Assembly (NCBI GenBank): GCA_013115125.1
Contig: JABANN010000230.1
Span: 1-50,299 of the forward strand
Reading direction: 5' to 3'
Length of the DNA stretch: 50,299 nt
Origin: Perkinsus olseni
Taxonomy: Eukaryota
The notes under the pieces are model-generated. The model had not been told where the DNA came from. It worked only from the letters and a program-made list of their open reading frames with translations, and ran no database searches. How positions within the stretch are numbered: position 1 is the stretch's first letter; each line of letters starts with the position of its first letter. Positions 36,601-46,415 of the stretch are shown here, in pieces. The position numbers and the translations under genes were made by a program.

Positions 36601-39600
36601 GTTCCATTTCGTCTGCAATACCGTCCTCATCGCAGGTGTCCCCTCTGGTGCCCTTCGATAACGTGTGCCGTTCTATCGAGGCTAGCAACAAGCTTCTGCT
36701 GGTAGGTTGCGGTGGGTAGTTAAGCTTACTTTTTTTGCCCGCAATACCACACCAGTCGTAAATCATCGGCGGTCTGTTCAGGTATTGGATCTCATGGACT
36801 GCCTCGTCCCGTCTAAGACAAGGAGAGGAGTGCCGGCCAAGCTGTACCAGTCTCTTATGTCGGTACCGAAGGACCTCATGGCTAGTCTAGGCCGTCTGGC
36901 CAGTGATAAAAGTGAGAAGCGGCTCAGGTTCGATCCTCGCACCTGTCATTCCTCAATCATTTATCAGATACTATAATGGTTGTGACGACCAGTCACTCTA
37001 AGCAAATCTTAGAACGTCTACTCGGTCACCTTCCGATCTACTTGTTACCCGAGAACGGCTGCATTTATCGAACGTAGGCCGCCGCCGCCGCCGTCGCCTT
37101 GCCTCGTCTATAGTCTACTATTATCACTTCCGGCCGTTAGCACTGCGAGGCGCATCGGCTGCGTGTTCTCTGCTCTTACGGAATATCCGTATCATATATA
37201 GATCCTTTCACTATATATGAAATTTTATTAGTACTAACAGAAAATTGTATGTATCGAAGTGGAAAGGAAGCTCATAATAAATAAAATATCAGGAAATAGC
37301 AGGAAAAAATTTATGCTGAATTTCATTCAATTTAATCAATTAATTGTATTCAGTTGAATATCGAGGAGTCATTTATGGTTAGTTTAGTTTGATTTGCTGA
37401 ATCTTCTGATCAAATTTTAGAAACTGTTTTTTATTTAATTTGATCAATCAATTTTGTTTAATTGGATATTACAGAATTATTAATGGTTCGTTCAATTCGA
37501 TCGAGTGATTTTTATTACTCATTGGAAGTGATTATTAATTAACTAATCTTATTCGCTTGAATGCAGTTTATAAGACTGTTATAGATTATAGTGAACTTTA
37601 TTAAATATGAAAATACCAGTAGAATGAGTACCACATTTTCTCCAAGTAATGGTGGTGACCACTCGTTTCCTGCATTTTCAGTCCCGAAGGCGAGTGGAAG
37701 TACGCTGATGCCCTCGGATGCAGCTGCGCGACAGCAGAAGACAATTCGCTTGCTGAGGTAGGGAGCGCGTCCGTGCTAGTTTGATACCACTCCTTCTGCG
37801 AATCATAGTATACCCTCGGTTCTTCAGGTTGAGGAAGGTACAGAGTCCGCTGCAGGCATCAGCTCTCCTCGTTCGCGTGCTGCTTCTTCTAGTGCCGACA
37901 GTGAGTTCTCGAGGTCCCTGGTTCGATCCCATGCTAGATCATTTATTCAGCTTCGGACCACGGTTGGATGAACGGCGTCGAGGAAGTCCTACGGTATTTC
38001 CAAGAGAGAACACCCGGCAGCTACATTGAGCGAACAGAGTGAGAAGCATCACGAGCCTTTCCAAGTTGCCACTGTCTTGTCCTTCTCTTCAGATTCAGTC
38101 TAAAATGGTTCTTCGATAACACACAGACTGACTTTGGTGGTCCTCAAACTAGAGACCTCATGATACAGCTCTGGGCTGGCCCGCTGGTCAACGCTGAAGC
38201 AGAGATTGTCGTTGGCAACAGGTAGGGGTCCGCAGCGCGGTGGAGATGGTTCGAATTTTTGGGGTATCTTTTAGGTATATTGAGATTCGACCTAAAGATT
38301 CTTCGATTGCGTCCAATCTAGAGAAGATACTCCATCATGAGATTCTCGATGCTGACACAACGTCTGATTCCAAGGTACCACGATTTAGCTAATTTGCATA
38401 TGTTCGAAAGACTTGGCGCTCGCCCTCAGGTTGACACTTGCGTCGTTATCGGCGCGTACCCCTTCCGTGATCAAGATGTCTATCAAGCAGTGGAAGACAC
38501 GCTTGTTCAGCAATGGATACCCAAATACACTCGGTAAGTTTTTTCGCGCGCCACGAAATTAGCGACCGTTGGAAGGACGGTGCCAGACACCACGGCTGCC
38601 CACCCAGTGTCTCGTCGTCGTCCATGCGACACTCGAGCGCTGATTGCATCATGGACGTGATGGGCTGTGACGCTTTGCGATTGAAAGGGAATCCTCAACA
38701 GCTTTCCCAGCTAAAGTGGGTTTCTGTCAAAATGTCGTCTGCGGGAATAGAACCTGGGTCCCTCGTGTGTCAAACGTGTGTTCTATCGTTCAGACCTATC
38801 CAAGATGGTGGCAAAGACTCTCTTGAATACGAAGGTGAGTCGACTGTACTGCCCTCTACCGATCCTTATCATCGTCTATTCAGGCGAGACGGCTGTGAGC
38901 GGCCACGACGTTTTGTACGAAGAAATGGTCAAGTCGCATACTCTAACGTAAGTTTTGGGTCATCACCTCGCTATCATTATCACTGTGCTGCTTTCCTCAG
39001 GCACCCTACTCGACAGACGTCTTCTGCTGACAACCAGTTGGACTTGGAGCCGCCTACAGCTGTAAGCCTGTTGAGACCTTCTCATTGTTTTCGCCCTCGC
39101 TCGGCTGCCTGTGTTGAATGATTTGAGCGTTGTTAGGCTGCGAGCGCATCGACTGCATCAACGTCGTTCCTGGACGAGTCATCGCCAACTGAGTCGACTA
39201 AAGAGGATCTACAGCGCTTACACGACTCCTATTATTCAGTGGCCGTGGGGCAGTGTAAAGTATCCAAGGCGAAGTAAGTACATCATTCTAGGAAGCTCAT
39301 TATTAGCCACACCTCTATTTCTGCTGTGCATCGTCATGGGTTTTCTTTCTTGCTGTTCGCTCTTCTTCGGGTTTTGGAGTTCCATTCTCGCGATCATCAA
39401 TATTATTATTATTGATGTGTGTCTCACTTCCCACACTCCCCCTTGTCAGATATTCTATCCCAAACACTTACTATGTGGCCAATCTTGTCCATGATATTGC
39501 GACGCACCTACCGCAGTCGCCAACGGGTAGCAGCGCGGCCAGCACCAGCAGTACTAGTGTCAGCAACAAGAGCGTCGTCGCCGAGCCTGCCCAAGCTGAG

Positions 39601-39633
39601 CACGCTGCTGCTTCTGTAGCCGTCACCCCTTAA
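33611..39633 (+). CDS. TPS: Trehalose-6-phosphate synthase/phosphatase (GT20 + TPP-like), >20 exons
   Basis: Spliced motifs [93 protein letters not shown] and ENG. The exons I checked splice in phase. Confidence 0.95.
33883..33957 (-). pseudogene. Degenerate tRNA, antisense, inside TPS intron 2
   Basis: GTCATCCATAGCTCAACAGG...GAGGTCTATGGTTCGATTCCCACATGTGCCA has an A box and a B box at tRNA spacing. Confidence 0.7.
38733..38793 (-). pseudogene. Degenerate Gly-like tRNA, antisense, inside a TPS intron
   Basis: GATAGAACACACGTTTGACACACGAGGGACCCAGGTTCTATTCCCGCAGACGACA followed by TTTT. Confidence 0.6.
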
Positions 39634-40996
39634 AGCCCCTTATAGGAGCCCATTGCTTGACACTGATGTATGAACTACTATATGATTATGCTTGCTATGC
39701 TCGCTCGTGTTGTCCTCCCTCTTCTCATCATTTCTTCTATCTAATCTCGATCATCATCATCATTATCATCAATTATGTTGGAAACTTTCAACAACTCGGC
39801 TGGGGATTTCGCGTTTTGTGATAGCTTTGGTGTACTCAGCACCATCAGCTCTGGCTGCAGTTATTGCGATGACCACCGAATGCCGGTCTCGTAGGGAAGA
39901 CAAAGTTGACGAACCGGAGCTGGATCGTCGTAAGCGTCCTCTTACCAGCGTCGCCATATCTGATTCTCTGCAAATTTTCCGCTCAAAAATTTGTTTGGGC
40001 GAGATTCGAAGGATGAGGGGATTGCTCAGGTTCTCGCCTGAGTGGGCCGTACTCGAAGGATGAGTTAGAAGGATGCATTCTCAAGTTCCGCAAGCATTTC
40101 TTATCGCCACAAGTAGGTCGCCCATGCCCTGCCCGGTGAGAATAGATTCTCTTCGCTCAGTCGCGATCAAGAAGTGTCTCACCCAAACGGCCACGGAACG
40201 ACTCTAGCAGCAGCCGGTGAGTCTCGTGGCGATTGTCGTTGAAAGAGCGTGCCATCTTGAACAGTTCGCGTTGATCGCGTCGATAGGTTGGCGCCTTCAG
40301 GCACTCCCACGAAGCGAAAGACAGCAGCAGCAGCAGCAGTAGCAGTGGCGTAAACCCGTCGGGTCCACATACCATGGGCATGCGTGCTAGTGGAAAGTTC
40401 ATGCGTGTGGAACAACCACGGAAAGAAGGTAAGTGGACGTGTTGTGTGTGCATGATAAGGTCAGCTGCTTGTAGATCGTTCGCGCGAGTGGTGGTTGACT
40501 AGATCAAAACTCAGTCCGGAAGACTACATTAAATGCTACGGCTTTGCAATGGATGCCCAAAGGGAGTCTGTAAAAGTAAGAAGCGACGCCAATATCGATC
40601 GCTTCGGAATGAAGTTTGAACAGGCGGTAGATTTCGTTATACTGAATGAGTAACTCAAGTGTGATCGTTATATATAGACTCGGGTTTCGTATCGAAAAGA
40701 CTGACTTCCTCAGGAGCACTGCCCCCATTCCCCGTCGACCGATGCCACCGTTGCCGGTGAGGACAGGTTGCTTGAGGTTAATGAAGGCTCAGCGACGGCA
40801 GTAGTGTATTATCCGTTTACATGAGGTTGCTTGTTTGCACGGCGAAAGAATCATCATCGTCACTTTTGCTGACCATAAAAATCCTTTTTAATTGTCTTTG
40901 GACGACTACTGTCGATGTAACCGCCGTATCGAGTTATCCCAGTTAGGGAAGGGAAGTCGAGGGCTCCTCCTTCAAACACAAGGGAAGCTTCTGGAT

Positions 40997-41233
40997 GAAC
41001 TGTCTGATTCCACTGCATATCATCGCTACAGAGCCTCTAACTGAGCACATCGGCGAGAATCTTAGCGGGAAGCGGCTTTGGACTATTGTGTGCGAGTTTC
41101 AAGTGTAACGCTGAAAACGGCTTAGTCAGACTAGCGCCGAAGTATCTTGTTTGAAGAGGGACGAGTTAGGCAAGCCCAGGCTTTCAACTACCCCGAACTC
41201 ACACACACTGCAGCCACCGAGAATGGTCTAACA
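40997..41233. repeat. Dispersed repeat, long copy (possible solo LTR, TGT...ACA)
   Basis: Homologous to 11440-11573. Segment 41001-41233 begins TGTCTGA and ends TCTAACA. No TSD seen. Confidence 0.7.
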
Positions 41234-41490
41234 CTACTGGACTGCTTGACGGCCCAGCATCCGCCGAAGGCAATCAAGTTCCATTAACAGTGTTGGATGC
41301 TCGCATAGCTACCCCTATCAGCTACCCCAATAATAACAAGCTGTTTCTGTTAGGTCCACGGTGATCATCCATACTTGGTAACACAGCGCTGAGTGAATCA
41401 TCCAGAAATGGTTGAGTCCACTGCGGACCACCTCGAGTTGACAGATTATAATTATTCACCAGAATCATCAACAAACATGATAATGCTTCT

Positions 41491-44400
41491 TCATACCATA
41501 ACAGCGTACTCGACCGCGTCGCTGTCGGCAGCTGCTGCGCCGTTGTTAACTCTATGGGGAGGGTCCCATTCCCAACGCCATTGTGGCCATTGGTATTTCG
41601 AGGGACGAACCTCCCGCCATTTACCGTGGTAAGTTACTGATATAGGAAGGCCTTCGTCCACATGTGATGATACTTGTTACTTTCCTCGGGCTGCTTGATC
41701 TTCCCCTTGAATGTCCATGGATACTTCGGCTCCATAACGTACCAACCGAAGTCGTATCTAGAGCTCACCCTTGCACGATACAAACAAGCTCAGGTTTTCC
41801 CGCGATCTGACTTGTCCGGCAAACCTCGGTGAGAGGTCGGTATATGCCCGGCCTTCTTTTCGTACTCTTCCCACTCGAAGGGCTCGAGGTCCGGGCCGTA
41901 CCTGCTGTCGAGGCCCTGCCTATCAGCAGCAACCCTGATCGATGTACATGGTCGGGCCCGCCTGTACGACACTTCGCATGTGCTGATATCCCCAGGTGTA
42001 GTTAGTAGCCTTCGTGTCGTAACAGCCATTGGCCAGCTGAAGCCGTTGGGAGTGATTGAATTTTAGTCGAAGGAAGCTCACCGGTTTGTCATCTGGGAGG
42101 TCTCCTCGAGCGCAGAGGGCTAAGGTGGGGTCGTGGCGTGAGAAGGGATCGATTTCATAACGGTTGCTGCGGATGAGTTCGGCCAAGTCCATTACCTAAC
42201 CACGACTCCTGATGGATAGGGAAGCGAGAATACACGGGAGTAAAGAAATCTGTGATGTTGCAGTGCGAAGAAAAAAGTGATGAAAGAGAAATATCCGCGA
42301 AAAGATGAATGGCCAACATGCTCATCCCAGTCGTCCTTAAGAGACGACCACCCACCGACCACCTCAGTCGTGAGGGACGCCAAGTGGCTGTCTCGTCTGA
42401 ATATCTCTCCTCTGGCCGCGAGGTCATAGGAGAAGGCAGGGTTGTGGGATTTATTATACCTACGGACTCGCTCCGAACAGAGTTCCAATAGAGCGTCCTA
42501 CGCTCCATCGTAACCGGCAAGGCGACGGATTTCAGGAAAATAAGGAGAGTTGTACCTGAGGGCACATCACAGCTGCCTCAGCTCTGACCAGCAACGGAAT
42601 GGCTCAGTTGATGATAAACAACAGCACGTGTAGGAAAATAATGGAAAAAGCGACCGAAAAAACGGAAAAATTTCGCCGGATGGACACTCCGCTCATCTTA
42701 CGATGCCCAGTAACCCCATCGCAGAGCCCCGGTAAGATCCTCGCCGACAGTAAGGCCTGCGAATGATGAGTCGCGAGGCCAGGGCTCGGCTCAGCCAACC
42801 TGGGATGGATTCGATGACCCAGAGAAGGTCCTTGTTTAATGGCTTTCCGGGCGTGAACTTATTCAGATCGATAACCATGTACCTACTCGCCTCCCGTTAC
42901 GGGAGTCCCGTAACACTTAAGGCTGAGTCCATGCCCCTACTGATTGTTGTAGGTTCCGCTGTTGTAAGGCTCGTACAGCTCGAACCAGGAGGCGCCGTCC
43001 GTTGCCAGATGGTTGGCTATCCGTACTCCTGTGAGCGGTCATCATCATCAGCGTTGATAACATACCGTCGGTACTTTGCCAGGCCAGCAGGGCCTCAGGA
43101 TTGATCTTTAGATGGGCATCCTTGTCGAGGACCCACAGCGTTGTTTGAATCATCGCCAGACCGGAGCTCATCAGGTAGAAATCATCCAAGGACATCTGGG
43201 AGCCCGCGTACGAGGAAAAACTCATAACCTGCGGAGATATTTCGCGCGCCACGAAATTGATCTGCTTGAGTACCTCAGCGTTATTCTGTTTGAAATGAAG
43301 ATGGTAGTGTTTGTAAATTCTGTTGGTAGCAGCGTAGCTAAGAGAGGCATGCCGACTGTGTATCAGGCAGCGAACGTTCAGCATACGGGTGACGAGGGAG
43401 TATGCATTTGAAATCCACGAGAGAAAATCTGAGGTGCCTCAAGTGCTGATAATTTTACCAGTTGGTCGAGCTCCTAAGCTGATGAGACGAATTGGTTGTG
43501 GAGGAAGTGAAAGAGCGATAGAAGAACGATAATTTTCTGAAAGTTTCACCGACCGGTGTAGTCAGGAACCCGAACCAACAAACAGCCGAGAGTAAGTGAC
43601 CGAGAATGACACGTCCTCCCATCGCCTTACGTGAACCAAGCTGAGTGGCCGAAACGGAGATCAGTAAAATCTGGCGCGACCTTCACCAGAGCCGTGCACA
43701 TGGAGTGACGGAAGAGGCCTCTGAAGAGAGAAGGTGTGGGGAACAATGAGAGCATGGCCTGCCGCCGAAGGGATATCGTCAAGCCCCGCAAAAGGAAGGA
43801 GTTGCAACAAGCGGTGGATAAACCCGACAGGAGAAGCCCTCGAGGAGGTTCCCTTCCAGGGCTACACGCGTTACTAGCTACAATTCTCAGAGACCTGCGC
43901 ATCTGTGGAGAAGACGGAAGAGAGAGCTTACAGCGGGTCCGGGGAAGAGGAGGAGGTTCGGCTGTTAGTGTCGTTGGCCTCCACCAGGACGTATCTATAA
44001 GGCTGCTAACGATGATGCACACTCTCTGCCGTTCTTACACGATATCTAGGAGATCTCCAATGGCATTGAGGACGGTGGCCATCTGCCAGGGGTCAGCATT
44101 GTACGTGGCAGAGGTGATGTTATTCTCATCGAAATACCTAGGCAAGCAATCAAGTCTCGCTACGGTCCGGACACCACCACGAGGTGGGGTGCTCAGGAGG
44201 CAAGCCCGAGACTGATCAGAAACATGTAGTCCCTGAGTTGCCTTTCGTATCGTAGCAGAGACGAGGCTCCTGTTTCGCCATCCACAGGGTCAACCACTGA
44301 GTATTCCGACGAAGAATCTCCAATCAAACAGAGGTAGAGGGAGATTTCCCGAATTTCCTTGTGTGGTGATGATGAGGGGAAACGAAATCAAATGCCGAGA

Positions 44401-46376
44401 GTGAGGAGTGAAAACCACTCGGATACAGGAGAAACGCCAAAGCTCGGGAAGAATGGCTCCCAGAATTTTCTGATGATCGTCAACGCGAGTAGAAGCAGTC
44501 GGCATTGAGCTAGCGTCAACTGCCCGACCGAGGGATACGCTCCCATACTAGTGCGGAGACTGTGGCTTTGAAGAGCAGTCCAGCCAGGAAATAAGATCCC
44601 ATGAAATCACTACAGAATGATGTGCAGCTACTGCGGCCTGAATATAACCAGCGCCTGATTAGCTCGATGCACAGTCTAACCACTCGATGCTGAACGCGTG
44701 GCGAGCGAGCTCAGTCCACAGGTTCCAGTTATGACGGATTTCTCACCGTTGGATTCCCGCAACTTCTCCTTGATACTGTTTGAGGACGAATCTGGCGGTC
44801 TTCCAGTAGTCCTTATGGACGTCCTCTGCGAGAAAGAAAATACTTCGCGAAGGAGTGGAGGTGGACACCAACCGTCGTTATCGTTAGCCACTTGCCGCAC
44901 GAACCAGTCGTACTGTTTCCTCATGAATTCCAGCACGGCCTGGGATGGAAGGCCGATGATTAACAGGAAAGGCTGCAAGATCGTCTCATATTTCATTGTA
45001 AAATGAATTTTGCAATAAGAAATTATTTTTATTGTTATTATATATTATTTTGGGTATTTTTTTGATTTCACGAAAAAAAAGATACCACGTAAAATTTTCA
45101 CATACTTTCTTTATCATCGTGATCCCCCTTCAGGCACTGAAACGCCAAGTGCAATATTCTCATCAATTTCCCATCGAGAGCAGCACCCCAACGACTGCTG
45201 ATCTAGAAGAGCTAGTTGCGTAGAGTGAGGGACGTCAGTTTGGCCGACAAACTGATAATGACTGTCTGAGAAAAGTAAAATTAGAAAAAATTAGCAAAAA
45301 AAATGCGTGTGCGAAAATTAGCACCCAACTAGCGTGAACGTGTCGCTGTTCCACTTACATCAGGGAATGGTTCGTCCACCTTGCCGACAAAATAATCCCT
45401 CAAGTTGCGGAAGTTGTTGATAATGTGGTGGCCGGTGATGTAACCCTCCAGGAAACTGAGGGGGAGGAGAAGCTAACAAGTGCTGCAGCGTGATGGGGGC
45501 AGCAGTCCACCCGGCGGCGAATGCCTGGTCATCCGGAGAGTGCGTATCATTAGTATCTGTCAATCGACGAGTCAAGCACGGTATGGTCTTGAGGTGTTCG
45601 TTAATGCGTCGGAAGCAGTAAAAACCGAAAAATGTGAAAGATTCATTAATTCAAAACGAATGAGACGATGGAGTGTGTTATGATAGATGATCGACGTCGT
45701 AGAGCGAGGGAAAAGCCTAGGTGTCATCAGCGAACAGGAGTGCACCCTCTACGGCTGTATGATTCGCGGCACGACCTCTCTTTCCTGTTCCTGTAGAACT
45801 GGTAGCACGCTAGTCACTTTTCCCGCAGTCGGCTACAACGTGGCAGTGCTACCGTTACAAGGACTACCGAAGCAGCCAGCGGGCGACAGAGATGACAACC
45901 GCCCTGTCGAGAATCCGGAGACTTACAGATCTCCAGCACGCCCCAGCCACGAGACAAGAGGGAGTCTTCAAAGTACCTTAGCGTGTGGGGAGGAACTCTT
46001 TTCTGCTAGTGATCATCGCCATGCGGGAGACGGAAGACATTGTCAAGCATCATTGCGACCGACAGCGCTCCACTGTCACCAGTTCAACGAGGAACGGCCC
46101 TTCCAATAAGTTCTAGAAGCTTGGCAAGCTCACCCCTTAGCGGCGGCTGAGTCGTCCTGCACACCCTTCTTGTACTGAATGTCTCGCTGCGCGCTATTCC
46201 CATTGGTCATGACACCTGCACAGGGGCGAGTATGTCAGTGGTGGGAGTTAATAATGAGAGGTGTACTGACCAGGAACATAGACAGAAATCGAATGAGTCT
46301 CGAAGGGCTTCACTTCGTCATAACCGGTGGAAAGTTGTATTAGGAGACAGTGCGCGAAGAAGAGTAATGATAGCAT
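41491..46376 (-). CDS. Phospholipase B-like protein (PLBD family, Ntn hydrolase), secreted, multi-exon
   Basis: Signal peptide MLSLLFFAHCLLIQLSTG. Motifs RGWGVLEI, QAFAAGFLEGYIT, CTALVKV...FGHSAW, SFSSYAG..SLDDFY, YNSGTYNNQYMVIDL, ARGDL and GCYDTK. Confidence 0.92.
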
Positions 46377-46415
46377 TATGAAAATGGGGGTAATGAACTG
46401 GAAAAGGTACCCCTT

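Noticed and set aside
39780-40730. Possible minus-strand gene or pseudogene
   Set aside because: Coding-like fragments are present, but there is no consistent splice model or recognisable domain.
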